From an uncultured Planctomycetales bacterium (GTDB lineage Bacteria > Omnitrophota > Gorgyraeia > Gygaellales > Profunditerraquicolaceae), in assembly GCA_964413025.1 (NCBI GenBank), contig CAYPRG010000002.1, positions 107 to 64,106 on the forward strand: 64,000 nucleotides of DNA, read 5' to 3'. A model generated the notes under the pieces. It did no database searches and was not told the DNA's origin. It worked only from the letters and a program-made list of their open reading frames with translations. The stretch's first letter is position 1. Each line of letters starts with the position of its first letter. The position numbers and the translations under genes are program-made. Shown one piece after another: positions 36,802 to 47,026 of this stretch.

Positions 36802-37442
36802 GAGTAAAAATCGCGCCTTCAATATTATCAGCGGATTTCAGCTGCCTGGACAGGGAAATAAAAAAAGTGGAATTAGCCGGAGCGGATATGCTTCATATTG
36901 ATGTTATGGATGGGCATTTCGTGCCTAATATAACCATTGGCCCGCCGGTAGTAAAGCATATTCGTAAAGTTTCCCGGATACCGCTGGATGTGCATTTGAT
37001 GATAGAGAACCCCCAGGATTTTATTAAGGATTTTATTGCCGCGGGAAGCGATATGATTACTATGCACATTGAAACAATCAGCGTCCCGGCGTTTAAGCTG
37101 CAGGCCAGGCGGTTAAAAAAGGAAAAAGTAAAAGTGGGAGTGTCTTTAAATCCGGCTACTCCTTTATCCAGGATTAAAGGAGTCTTAAGCGTCGTGGACT
37201 TAGTTCTAGTTATGTCGGTTAATCCGGGGTTCAGCGGCCAGGAATTTATCCCGGCAGTGCTTCCTAAGATTAAAAAATTACGATCGATATTTGACGGAGA
37301 TATCTCGGTGGATGGCGGGGTGAGCGATAAAGTCGCGGCTAAATTAATTAATTCAGGGGCGAATATCTTAGCCTCAGGTTCATATATTTTCGGCGCCAAA
37401 AATACGAAACAGGCAATAGAAAGGATAAGGAATGCACGCTAA
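36798..37442 (+). CDS. rpe: Ribulose-phosphate 3-epimerase
   Basis: IAPSILSADF, HIDVMDGHFVPN, DVHLM, MSVNPGFSGQ and VDGG motifs. Confidence 0.92.
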   Translation: MRVKIAPSILSADFSCLDREIKKVELAGADMLHIDVMDGHFVPNITIGPPVVKHIRKVSRIPLDVHLMIENPQDFIKDFIAAGSDMITMHIETISVPAFKLQARRLKKEKVKVGVSLNPATPLSRIKGVLSVVDLVLVMSVNPGFSGQEFIPAVLPKIKKLRSIFDGDISVDGGVSDKVAAKLINSGANILASGSYIFGAKNTKQAIERIRNAR

Positions 37443-38820
37443 AGATGAGATTAAATTCGGCACTGACGGGTGGAGGGGTATCATAGCGGATAACTACACT
37501 TTTAAGAATTTAAAGATTCTTTCGCAGGCAGTAGCGGATTATTTAGGCAGCGGCAAGAAGGTCGCCGTGGGTTATGACACCCGGTTCATGTCGGGTATTT
37601 TTGCCGGGATTACAGCTTCGGTATTAAATAATAACGGTATTGAGGTGGTATTATCAGACCAGCCTATTCCTACTCCAGCTTTAAGCTTTGCCGTAAAATC
37701 AAGAGGGCTTGACCTGGGGATTATGATCACCGCATCGCACAATCCGGCCGAATACAATGGTTTTAAAATCAAGATGCCTTCTGGCGGCGCTGCCGGCCCT
37801 GAAGTGACTAAGAAGGTGGAGGATTATTTAGAAAAGAATCCTGTAAAAGAAGACGGCGGAATGCCGGAGAAGATTAAGAAAGAGGATTTGACCCTGGATT
37901 ATGTAAAATTCATCCGTTCATACATCGACTTTAAGAAGATAAAAGGGAAAAAGTTTAAAGTCCTTGTCGATTCCATGTATGGTTCGGGAGATAGTTTCTT
38001 TGCCCGCATACTTAAAGGCAGTCAAATAAAGTTGGAGTTTATGCGTAACACTATAAATCCTTCTTTTGACGGCGGAAGACCGGAGCCGGTAGAGGATAAC
38101 CTGGAGGAATTAAAGGCCAGGGTCAAGAAAGAAAAGTTTGATTTGGGAATAGCCCTTGATGGAGACGCGGACAGGATCGCCGCGGTTGCTCCGGGCGGTG
38201 TATTTATTCATCCGCAAAAAATATTAGGGCTCCTGGCTTTGCATCTGAACCAGGACAGGCATTGGTCGGGAGGCATCGTAAAAACTATTTGCGGCACAAC
38301 CATGATTGATAACATCGCTGAGTATCTGGGGGTGAAGCTTTATGAGACGCCTGTGGGTTTTAAATATATTTCCAACCTTATGGAAACCGAAGATGTGGTA
38401 GCCGGAGGAGAAGAGGCAGGAGGAATGGGAGTTAAGAAATATATCCCTGAACGCGACGGCACAGTAGCCGGGTTGTTGCTTTTGGAGATGATGGTCTACC
38501 GTAATAAGAATATTCTAAAGATCCTAAACGAAACCGAGAAGCAGTTTGGAAAATATTATTATGTCCGTAAAGACCTGCATCTTAGCAGGCGCATAGAGCC
38601 TAAGAAGGAAGATTTGCCCCGGGAATTATTGGGCAAAAAGGTGGTCCAGGTAAAAGATTATGATGGGGTAAAACTTATCTGCGAGGATCAGAGCTGGCTT
38701 ATGTTTAGGGGCTCCGGGACTGAGCCGATTATGAGATTATACGCCGAGGCAAAGTCTTTGGCTCAAGCCAAAAAATTACTTGCTTTGGGAGAAAGCTTAA
38801 TCAATAAAGATGGCCTATAG
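37432..38820 (+). CDS. Phosphoglucomutase/phosphomannomutase family protein
   Basis: FGTDGWRG, the active-site loop TASHNPAEYNGFK, a metal site LDGDADR, and GGEEAGG. Confidence 0.85.
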   Translation: MHAKDEIKFGTDGWRGIIADNYTFKNLKILSQAVADYLGSGKKVAVGYDTRFMSGIFAGITASVLNNNGIEVVLSDQPIPTPALSFAVKSRGLDLGIMITASHNPAEYNGFKIKMPSGGAAGPEVTKKVEDYLEKNPVKEDGGMPEKIKKEDLTLDYVKFIRSYIDFKKIKGKKFKVLVDSMYGSGDSFFARILKGSQIKLEFMRNTINPSFDGGRPEPVEDNLEELKARVKKEKFDLGIALDGDADRIAAVAPGGVFIHPQKILGLLALHLNQDRHWSGGIVKTICGTTMIDNIAEYLGVKLYETPVGFKYISNLMETEDVVAGGEEAGGMGVKKYIPERDGTVAGLLLLEMMVYRNKNILKILNETEKQFGKYYYVRKDLHLSRRIEPKKEDLPRELLGKKVVQVKDYDGVKLICEDQSWLMFRGSGTEPIMRLYAEAKSLAQAKKLLALGESLINKDGL

Positions 38821-39158
38821 AATTTCTAGTAAGATGCATATCTATTTTGGCAAGGAAATCAACATAGAAAGGGGGATGCCTTATCAAGACATTGCTCAAA
38901 TGATAATGGCTAATATCAGACAGTTTTCATGTTAAATCCTGGTTTAGTAGAAAATCCTTACCTTGCCGAACGAGCCTATCTTTCTTTTCTGCGCAGATAC
39001 TTTAATATCACTCGAAGACAATTTATATATACTATTAGTTGTTGCAAGTTTTTAAGAATATCGCCAAAAATTATTTTGTAAAGGGGGTGTTTGTTTTTTA
39101 GTTTAACTCTATTAAAACTTTAACAAATTAATTAAAAAATCATAAGGAGGAAGTTCAG

Positions 39159-40700
39159 ATGTCAGAAGAAAATTTTGATTTGAAAGAGTTGTACAACCAA
39201 AGCATAAAAATAGTCCGTGAAGGCGAGGTAATTAAGGGAAAAATAGTTTCTATGACCCAAAAGGATGTGTTGGTCGACGTGGGGTTTAAGTCCGAGGGGA
39301 TAGTAGCTATTGCGGAATTCAGCCGTCCTGACTTAGAGGTAGGCAAAGAATTGGATTTTTTTGTTGAGTCGGTAGAGGACGATAAGGGGATGATTATTCT
39401 TTCGCGAGATAAAGTAGTCCGCATAAAAGGCTGGGATACTATCGTGCGCAACTCCAAAGAAGGAGACCTTACCGAAGGCAGAATAACCAAGAAGGTAAAG
39501 GGAGGTTTTCTTGTTGATGTAATGGGGATTGAAGGATTCTTGCCTGCTTCTCTTTCAATGTTTAAGGGAGTCCCGGATAAGGATATTATGATGAAGCCTT
39601 TCAAGTTCAAAATACTAAAGATAAATAATTTAAGGCGCAGCATCATATTATCCCGCAGGGAAGCCATACAAAAAGAAAAAGAAGAAACTAAGGGAAAGAT
39701 CCTGCAGGAGCTTAAACCAGGAGGGATTTACCCGGGCACGGTCAAGGCTATCACTGATTTCGGCGCGTTCGTGGATTTAGGCGGCATAGACGGTTTGTTG
39801 CATATTACCGATATGTCCTGGTCGAAAATCAGCCATCCTTCGGAAATAGTGGCATTGGGTGATAAGATTGAAGTGATAGTTCTGAATCTTGATAAGGAAG
39901 CGCGCAAGGTATCTCTGGGGTTAAAGCAAAGGTTGCCTGATCCCTGGCAGGATATTGATACAAAGTACAGCGCGGGTTTAAAGGTAAAAGGAAAAATAGT
40001 GAATATTCTTCCTTACGGGGTGTTCGTGGAGCTGGAGAAAGGCATTGAAGGCCTGATCCATGTTTCCGAGGTATCCTGGACAAAAAGAATCAGTAATCTA
40101 AAAGAGATGTTCGCGATAGGGGATATGGTGGAGACTCAGGTGTTAAATGTGGATAAAGAGTCCCGCAGAATATCTTTAAGTTTAAAACAATTGGAACAAA
40201 ATCCCTGGTTAGATGCCGAAGCTAAGTATCCGGTGGGCGCTAAGATTTCCGGGAAGGTCAGGGGTTTTACTGAATACGGTGCGTTTGTAGAACTTGATAG
40301 CAGCCTGGAGGGGATGATTCACGTTTCGGATATGTCTTGGACAAAGAGGATAGCTCATCCACAGGATGTTTTGAAAAAAGGGCAGAAAGTAGACGTGGTA
40401 GTGCTTTCCATGGATAGCCAGAACCGCAGGATTGCCTTAGGTTTGAAACAGTTATTGGCTAATCCCTGGCAGGATATCGCGGTTAAATACCCCCTGGATA
40501 CTGTTTTGGAATCAGAAGTGGTCAGCTTGACTGATTTCGGGGTATTTGTAAAGATCGACGAAGAATTAGAGGGTTTGGTTTACGCCAGCGAGATAGACAA
40601 AGAGACGGTTTCGAAATTAAACCCGGGAGATAAAATACAGGTTAAAGTCATCAAGGTGGACGTGGAACAGGCTAAGATCGGCCTGACCTCAAAAATCTGA
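39159..40700 (+). CDS. rpsA: 30S ribosomal protein S1
   Basis: Six tandem S1 motifs (for example GTVKAITDFGAFVDLGGIDGLLHITDMSW, GKVRGFTEYGAFVELDSSLEGMIHVSDMSW). Strong AAGGAGG RBS. Confidence 0.9.
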   Translation: MSEENFDLKELYNQSIKIVREGEVIKGKIVSMTQKDVLVDVGFKSEGIVAIAEFSRPDLEVGKELDFFVESVEDDKGMIILSRDKVVRIKGWDTIVRNSKEGDLTEGRITKKVKGGFLVDVMGIEGFLPASLSMFKGVPDKDIMMKPFKFKILKINNLRRSIILSRREAIQKEKEETKGKILQELKPGGIYPGTVKAITDFGAFVDLGGIDGLLHITDMSWSKISHPSEIVALGDKIEVIVLNLDKEARKVSLGLKQRLPDPWQDIDTKYSAGLKVKGKIVNILPYGVFVELEKGIEGLIHVSEVSWTKRISNLKEMFAIGDMVETQVLNVDKESRRISLSLKQLEQNPWLDAEAKYPVGAKISGKVRGFTEYGAFVELDSSLEGMIHVSDMSWTKRIAHPQDVLKKGQKVDVVVLSMDSQNRRIALGLKQLLANPWQDIAVKYPLDTVLESEVVSLTDFGVFVKIDEELEGLVYASEIDKETVSKLNPGDKIQVKVIKVDVEQAKIGLTSKI

Positions 40701-40708
40701 GGTGCAAT

Positions 40709-41884
40709 ATGCAAAAAGCTGATATTGATAAGCAGTTGCAGGTTATCAAGCGCGGCGTAGTTGAAATAATCTCAGAAGGCGAATTGAAGGCAAAGTTGGA
40801 GAAAAGCATCAAGGACAAAAAGCCGCTGGTCATAAAGGCGGGTTTTGATCCTACTGCGCCGGATATACATCTTGGGCATACCGTACTTTTGCGAAAATTA
40901 CGCCAATTCCAGGAATTGGGGCATAAAGTTGTATTTTTAATAGGGGATTTTACAGCCCGTATCGGTGACCCTAGCGGCAAATCGGAATTAAGAAAGCAGC
41001 TCTCAAGAGAAGAAGTGCTAGAAAACGCCGCCACCTATAAGAAACAGATTTCCAAGGTTCTGGATGTGGATAAGATCAATGTGGTTTTTAATAGCGAATG
41101 GTTTGAGAAGATGTCGGTCCTTGAGATGCTGAAATTGACTACCCATGCTACGGTGTCTCAAATGTTAGCCCGGGCAGATTTTAAAAAAAGATTATCCAGG
41201 AATGAGGATATTTCTCTTTTAGAATTTATGTATCCGCTTTTACAGGGGTATGATTCTGTGGTATTGGAAGCAGATATTGAGATGGGCGGGACAGACCAGA
41301 TTTTTAATCTTTTGGTAGGTAGGGATATACAGCAGGATTTTGCCCAGCCACAACAGGTGGTAATTACTATGCCTCTTTTAGAAGGGACTGACGGGGTGCA
41401 AAAAATGAGCAAATCTCTGGGTAATTACATCGGCATTGATGAGGCGCCGGATGAGATGTTCGGCAAGATCATGTCGATATCTGATGAGCTTATGCTTAAA
41501 TACTGCGAATTATTGACTGACCTTGACCTTTCGGCTCTAAAAAGCATGCATCCCAAGGAAGCGAAGATGATGCTGGCCGGGGAAATTATAAGCCAGTATC
41601 ATTCCAGGGCTGCCGCGGAGAAGGCCCGTTTAGAATTTGAACGTGTGTTTGCTAATAAAGAAATACCCCAGGATATCACAGAGTATAAGTTGTCCCCGGG
41701 GGTTAACATTATTGATATTATTTTAAAAAGCGGTCTAGCTTCCAGCAGGAACGAGGCGCGGCGCCTTATTCAGCAGGGGGCAGTTACGCTCGATAACCTG
41801 AAAATTGATAAAGAAGATACGGTCATAACCGGTGAAGGCATATTAAAAGTTGGCAAGAGGCGTTTCTTAAAGCTAATGAAATAA
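40709..41884 (+). CDS. tyrS: Tyrosine--tRNA ligase
   Basis: HIGH-type DIHLGH, KMSKS, and a C-terminal S4-like domain (SRNEARRLIQQGAV). Confidence 0.92.
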   Translation: MQKADIDKQLQVIKRGVVEIISEGELKAKLEKSIKDKKPLVIKAGFDPTAPDIHLGHTVLLRKLRQFQELGHKVVFLIGDFTARIGDPSGKSELRKQLSREEVLENAATYKKQISKVLDVDKINVVFNSEWFEKMSVLEMLKLTTHATVSQMLARADFKKRLSRNEDISLLEFMYPLLQGYDSVVLEADIEMGGTDQIFNLLVGRDIQQDFAQPQQVVITMPLLEGTDGVQKMSKSLGNYIGIDEAPDEMFGKIMSISDELMLKYCELLTDLDLSALKSMHPKEAKMMLAGEIISQYHSRAAAEKARLEFERVFANKEIPQDITEYKLSPGVNIIDIILKSGLASSRNEARRLIQQGAVTLDNLKIDKEDTVITGEGILKVGKRRFLKLMK

Positions 41885-41906
41885 GCCGAGGAAGACGAGC
41901 TATCTG

Positions 41907-43130
41907 ATGAATATTGATGCCTTTAGCAGGAATATTATCCTGGTTTTTTTTGGTTCAGCCACTGTAAGTTTTTTTAATCTTCTCTATCAGCTTTTAATCG
42001 CCCACCGCTTAAGCCCGGCTGATTTCGCCGGTTTTAATTCCCTGATTTTTTTATTGACCCTGCTTGCTACCCCATTGGCGACTTTCCAGACTGTAGTCGC
42101 CAAATACGTAGCGGAATTTAAATCCCGTGAAGAGAAACAAAAGGTTAATTTTTTATTTGCCAGCCTGTTGAAGAAAAACTTTTTATTTGCCGTACTTACC
42201 TTCATAATTTTCTATTCCACTTCTTTTTTGATTATTGACAGGCTTAAAATCCCTTCGTTTTCTTCCGGATATATCCTGGCAATCCTGCTTGCCCTTGCCT
42301 GGATAATCCCTGTCTGCGTGGGCGTATTGCAGGGCCTGGAGTTATTTAAATGGTTTAATTTTGTTTCGGTAACTACCGGAGGGTTGAAATTAATATTTGC
42401 CTTTATATTCATATGGCTTGGATTCGGGATCTCCGGCGCTTTAGGAGCTTTATTACTGGCTAATGTATTTTGCTTAGCGGTCTGTGGGTTTATCCTAAAG
42501 GACCTTATAGTTTTGAGGACTGAGCCGCAAGCGATAAATTTTAAGGAATTCTATTGTTATGCTTTTCCGGTAGCCTTAAGTACATTTTGCTATATGCTTT
42601 TGGTTGGTTATGACTTATACCAGGTAAGGATTTCTTTTTCTCCTGAGCAGTCGGGCATCTATTCGCTGGCTCAGATGGTGGGCAAAATCTTACTATTTTT
42701 GCCCGTGGCGATAAGCGTGGTTATACTTCCAAAAACCAGCGGCCTGAACGCGCAGAACCAGGATACCAGGAGTACATTAAAAAGAGGGCTTTGGTATGCG
42801 GCGGGTTTGTGTATCGCGGGAATTATTACCTATAATATTTTTCCGGAATTTATTCTAAAGGTACTTACCGGAAAGACATTTCACGGCTCGGTGCTCTTAG
42901 GGCGTTACTTTAGCGTATCTATGACTTTTTTCGCCCTCTTGTTAATACTTATCACGTATTTTATTTCAATAAAAGATTTGCGTTTTATTAAATACCTGGT
43001 TATTTTTACACTGCTTCAGGTGCTGGCAATTATTTTCTTCCATAATACTTTAATACAAATACAGTTGATTATGTGCGTTAACGCGCTGGTTCTTTTCCTG
43101 ATTTTTTTGGCGCAGGCCCTGAAAAAATGA
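41907..43130 (+). CDS. Oligo/polysaccharide flippase (Wzx-like, MOP superfamily)
   Basis: About 12 predicted TM helices. N-terminal pattern LLIAHRLSPADFAGFNS is typical of polysaccharide biosynthesis (Wzx) proteins. First gene of the glycan locus. Confidence 0.6.
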   Translation: MNIDAFSRNIILVFFGSATVSFFNLLYQLLIAHRLSPADFAGFNSLIFLLTLLATPLATFQTVVAKYVAEFKSREEKQKVNFLFASLLKKNFLFAVLTFIIFYSTSFLIIDRLKIPSFSSGYILAILLALAWIIPVCVGVLQGLELFKWFNFVSVTTGGLKLIFAFIFIWLGFGISGALGALLLANVFCLAVCGFILKDLIVLRTEPQAINFKEFYCYAFPVALSTFCYMLLVGYDLYQVRISFSPEQSGIYSLAQMVGKILLFLPVAISVVILPKTSGLNAQNQDTRSTLKRGLWYAAGLCIAGIITYNIFPEFILKVLTGKTFHGSVLLGRYFSVSMTFFALLLILITYFISIKDLRFIKYLVIFTLLQVLAIIFFHNTLIQIQLIMCVNALVLFLIFLAQALKK

Positions 43131-43921
43131 AGAATATTAAAGAGAAAGTTTCAATAATCATGCCGGCATATAATGAGGCCGGGCACATCGAGGCCGGAAT
43201 AGAAGAGACCGCTAAGACATTTAATGAATTCGGCTGCCCCTGGGAATTAATAGTTATAGATGACGGCTCAACCGATAGTACATTTGAAATAATGACCAGG
43301 CTTTCCCATAAATACCCTCAGCAGCTTATCGTTAAAAAGAACCCCTTTAATCTTGGAAAGGGCAGGGCAATCAAGAAAGCGGTGCATTATATTAGCGGCG
43401 ATTATGTGGTATTTATTGACGCGGATATGGAACTTCATCCTTTTCAGGTGCAGACCTTATTTGATATCATGCGCCTGGATAACGCCGATATTGTAATCGG
43501 CTCAAAACTTCATCCTAATTCCGTAGTTGAATACCCTCTGCATCGCAGGATTATTAGTTATATTTATTATTTAATAGTGAATATGCTGTTCGGCCTTCCC
43601 TGCCACGATACCCAGACCGGGATTAAATTATTCAAGAGCGATGTGGCGCGTAAAGTTTACCACAGGATTTTAGTTAAGAAATTCGCTTTTGACCTGGAAG
43701 TCCTGGTCAATGCCCATCATCTGGGTTATAAGATTATGGAGGCGCCGGTAGTCTTGCATTCACAAAGGCGTTTTGGCCGTATTGGTTTTAAAGTAATGTT
43801 TACTACTTTTTGGGATACCCTGGCTATATTTTACCGGATGAGGATATTAAAATACTATGACAATATCGATTATCATCGCCGCAAAAACATGGCAAAAGAA
43901 TTTAGAAGAATGCGTCAATAA
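43127..43921 (+). CDS. GT2 glycosyltransferase, polyprenyl-phosphate sugar synthase-like (DPM1/GtrB/ArnC-like)
   Basis: VSIIMPAYNEAGHI, VIDDGSTDST, FIDADME (DxD) and TQTGIKLF motifs. Confidence 0.78.
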   Translation: MKNIKEKVSIIMPAYNEAGHIEAGIEETAKTFNEFGCPWELIVIDDGSTDSTFEIMTRLSHKYPQQLIVKKNPFNLGKGRAIKKAVHYISGDYVVFIDADMELHPFQVQTLFDIMRLDNADIVIGSKLHPNSVVEYPLHRRIISYIYYLIVNMLFGLPCHDTQTGIKLFKSDVARKVYHRILVKKFAFDLEVLVNAHHLGYKIMEAPVVLHSQRRFGRIGFKVMFTTFWDTLAIFYRMRILKYYDNIDYHRRKNMAKEFRRMRQ

Positions 43922-44834
43922 GTGCTGCGGGCTTGATTACCCGGATTTTGAAATTATCATTTTGCCGGATAGCGTTATAAAGCAGGACCTATTACCATCG
44001 GTTTGCAAGAGCGGTGAAAAAGTAAGAATAATTCCTACTGGAGTAGTGGGGCCTTCCCAGAAGAGAGATATAGCTATGCAGCATGCAAACGGAGAAATAC
44101 TTGCTTTTATTGATGACGATGCCTATCCGGCGGAAAATTGGCTGAAAAATGCCGCGGTATATTTTAACGATAAAAATGTTGCTGCGGTAGGTGGCCCAGC
44201 GGTTACCCCTTCCGGAGATAATTTGTGGCAAGAGGCAAGCGGCCTGGTCTATTCATCAGTTTTAGTCAGCGCTAAATTCTGCTATCGTTATCTTCCTAAA
44301 ACAAAAATAGAGGTGGAAGATTATCCTACCTGTAATCTCCTGGTGCGAAAATCCGTGATGCAGCAGCTGGGGGGTTTTAATACATCTTTTTGGCCGGGGG
44401 AAGATACTAAGCTATGTTTAGATATAACTAAAAAACTGGGGAAAAAGATAATTTACGCCCCGGATGTTTTGGCTTATCATCACCGCAGGCCGTTATTCAT
44501 TCCGCATCTTAAGCAGATTGCCAGTTACGCCCTTCATAGGGGTTATTTCGTTAAACGTTACCCTGAGACTTCTCTTAAGCCGGCATATTTTATACCCAGT
44601 GTCTTTTTATTGGGCATTATCGCAGGGGCTGTTCTTGCCGGGATTTTTGAGCCCTTTAGGCAAATTTATGCTTTGGGTTTAGTTTTATATTTATTGATTA
44701 CGGCTATTTTTAGTTTTAACCGTAAGATTGCATTATCCGCCTTGATATTCCCCGGGATAATATTGACGCACCTTACTTACGGTTTATTCTTCATAAAAGG
44801 CCTGCTATCAACTAAGCTTAAGGAAGAGAAATGA
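43857..44834 (+). CDS. GT2 glycosyltransferase with C-terminal TM helices
   Basis: ISIIIAAKT, DYPDFEIIILPD and FIDDDAYP (DxD) motifs, with about three C-terminal hydrophobic helices. Overlaps the upstream GT2 by 65 nt. Confidence 0.7.
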   Translation: MTISIIIAAKTWQKNLEECVNKCCGLDYPDFEIIILPDSVIKQDLLPSVCKSGEKVRIIPTGVVGPSQKRDIAMQHANGEILAFIDDDAYPAENWLKNAAVYFNDKNVAAVGGPAVTPSGDNLWQEASGLVYSSVLVSAKFCYRYLPKTKIEVEDYPTCNLLVRKSVMQQLGGFNTSFWPGEDTKLCLDITKKLGKKIIYAPDVLAYHHRRPLFIPHLKQIASYALHRGYFVKRYPETSLKPAYFIPSVFLLGIIAGAVLAGIFEPFRQIYALGLVLYLLITAIFSFNRKIALSALIFPGIILTHLTYGLFFIKGLLSTKLKEEK

Positions 44835-46282
44835 AGATAATAATTTCTTATCCGCCCCTAAACAGCGAAAAAGGATTTCCCACTTTAGGGCAGAACCGCC
44901 AATTTCAATTTTTTAAGACCCCTACCTATATTTATCCTGTGGTTCCGGCAACTTTGGCGACCTTGCTTAAACAGGCCGGCCATGAGGTGATCTGGCTTGA
45001 TTGTATTGCTAATAATATTAATCTCAATGATTTTTTAAAAACTATCGCAAAGGAAAATCCCGATATAATCGCCTTTGAGACCAAAACCCCGGTAATTAAG
45101 GCCCACTGGAAAGTTATCGACCGGATTAAGCAAGAGTTGCCCGAAACTGCCTGTGTTTTATTCGGGGACCATGTTACCGCGCTGCCGGAGGAATCATTCC
45201 AAAATTCAAAGGTTGATTTCGTGGTTACCGGAGGCGACTACGATTTTTTACTGCTGAACTTATGCAATTATCTGACTAAGAAAGATATTATCGAGCCGGG
45301 CATCTATTATCGCGAAAGCGGGCAGATTAAGAATACCGGGTTATTCAGGCTTGAGCATGATTTGAACTCTCTGCCTTTCATAGACCGCGAGCTTACCGGT
45401 TGGAAGCTTTATGCCTATGAAAACGGCAACTACAAACGTACTCCCGGGACTTATATTATGTCCGGCAGGGACTGTTGGTGGGGTAAGTGTAGTTTTTGTT
45501 CCTGGCCGACATTGTATCCAAAATTCAGAGTAAGGAAGGTTGAGAATGTTTTGGATGAAATTGGCATGCTGATTGAAAGATTCCAAATCCGGGAAATAAT
45601 GGATGATACGGGAAGTTTTCCTACCGGAGAATGGTTAACGGATTTCTGCCATGGGATGGTTAAGAGGGGGTACCATAAAAAAATATACCTGGATTGCAAT
45701 ATGCGTTTTGGGGCATTGTCTAAAGAAGACCTAATGGCTATGAAAAAAGCGAATTTCCGGCTTTTGCTTTTTGGCTTGGAATCCGCTAATCAGAATACTT
45801 TAGACAGGATAAAAAAGAACATGAAAATTGAAGCAGTCATCCAAGGCTGTAAGTCAGCGACAAAAGCGGGATTATTTCCCCATATCACAATCATGTTTGG
45901 TTATCCATGGGAAACTTACAAGGATGCCCTTAATACCTTAAAGCTGGGTAGATGGCTTTTGAATAAGGGATATGCCTATACCATGCAGGCGACAATGGTG
46001 GTGCCTTATCCGGGTACTCCTTTATTCGCGGAATGCAAAGAAAAGGGTTGGCTTAAGACGCTTGACTGGAATGATTATGATATGAAGAAGCCGGTAATGG
46101 ATAGTCCTATTCCGGATGACAGGATTATGAAATTAGTGCGGGGGATGTATAAGGTTTCTTTTAACCCGGAATTTATCTTTAGGAAGATTTTGTCCCTGAA
46201 GGATATGGATGATTTCAGGTATGCATTGCGGGCAATTAGAAAAGTAACCGGGCATCTTTTTGACTTCGGTAAGTTTAAATAA
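44831..46282 (+). CDS. B12-binding-domain radical SAM protein (variant CX4CX2C motif)
   Basis: N-terminal Rossmann-like B12-type domain (DIIAFETKTP...LFGDHVTALPEE) and a Cys triad CWWGKCSFC. Same overall layout as the four downstream paralogs. Confidence 0.78.
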   Translation: MKIIISYPPLNSEKGFPTLGQNRQFQFFKTPTYIYPVVPATLATLLKQAGHEVIWLDCIANNINLNDFLKTIAKENPDIIAFETKTPVIKAHWKVIDRIKQELPETACVLFGDHVTALPEESFQNSKVDFVVTGGDYDFLLLNLCNYLTKKDIIEPGIYYRESGQIKNTGLFRLEHDLNSLPFIDRELTGWKLYAYENGNYKRTPGTYIMSGRDCWWGKCSFCSWPTLYPKFRVRKVENVLDEIGMLIERFQIREIMDDTGSFPTGEWLTDFCHGMVKRGYHKKIYLDCNMRFGALSKEDLMAMKKANFRLLLFGLESANQNTLDRIKKNMKIEAVIQGCKSATKAGLFPHITIMFGYPWETYKDALNTLKLGRWLLNKGYAYTMQATMVVPYPGTPLFAECKEKGWLKTLDWNDYDMKKPVMDSPIPDDRIMKLVRGMYKVSFNPEFIFRKILSLKDMDDFRYALRAIRKVTGHLFDFGKFK

Positions 46283-46286
46283 AGAA

Positions 46287-47015
46287 ATGCATAAAAAAAC
46301 ACTTTGTTTTGTCTGCCTGCATAACGAAGAGCATGTTATACGCAAGACTCTGAGTAAATTTACTCCTGAGCTGTTCGGCAAGTGGATTGATGAGTTAATT
46401 GTAATAGACGATTGTTCAAGCGATAACTCGGGCAGTATCGTGAAAGAGTTTCCCTGCCGGGTTATCCGTCATCCGGAAAACCGGGGAGTGGGGGCGGCTT
46501 TTAAAACCGCCGTAGAGTATGCCCGTAAGAACGGTTATGAAGTAATTATTTCGGTAGCCGGCAACAATAAAATGGAGCCGTCGGAAATACCGGCTCTTTT
46601 AAGGCCTATTTTTGATGAAGGTTACCACTTTGTACAAGGCTCGCGTTACCTGAAAAACGGGCACCGGGATAATATCCCTTATCAGCGTTATATCATTCAA
46701 AGAGTAGGTTCCGGCCTGATAAGGCTAATCTTCGGCTGGCCGGGGAATGACGTAAGCTGCGGTTTCAGGGCAGTGAGTATGGAGGTATTTAACCATCCTC
46801 AAGTGAATATTTTTCAGGACTGGCTTGAGAGGTATGGCCTGGAATCTTACATACAATTTAAGGCCATTCAATATGGATTCAGGATTAAACAGGTTCCGGC
46901 TTCAATGATTTATCCGTCTGACAAAAAGATCAAGTATACAAAGATTCCCAGTTTAAGGGGCTGGTGGGATATGGCATATCCCTGGATAGCCTTGAGCATA
47001 GGAATAAAAAAATAA
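46287..47015 (+). CDS. GT2 glycosyltransferase, DPM1-like
   Basis: VIDDCSSDNS, RHPENRGVGAAFKTA and GFRAVSMEVF motifs. ATG 46287 is chosen because the TTG at 46260 overlaps the upstream gene. Confidence 0.7.
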   Translation: MHKKTLCFVCLHNEEHVIRKTLSKFTPELFGKWIDELIVIDDCSSDNSGSIVKEFPCRVIRHPENRGVGAAFKTAVEYARKNGYEVIISVAGNNKMEPSEIPALLRPIFDEGYHFVQGSRYLKNGHRDNIPYQRYIIQRVGSGLIRLIFGWPGNDVSCGFRAVSMEVFNHPQVNIFQDWLERYGLESYIQFKAIQYGFRIKQVPASMIYPSDKKIKYTKIPSLRGWWDMAYPWIALSIGIKK

Positions 47016-47026
47016 CGGGGGAGCAT

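Noticed and set aside
38834-38935. A 33-codon ORF (MHIYFGKEINIERGMPYQDIAQMIMANIRQFSC) in the rpsA upstream spacer.
   Set aside because: It has no Shine-Dalgarno sequence, no recognisable motif, and is very short. I cannot distinguish it from chance or a gene remnant.
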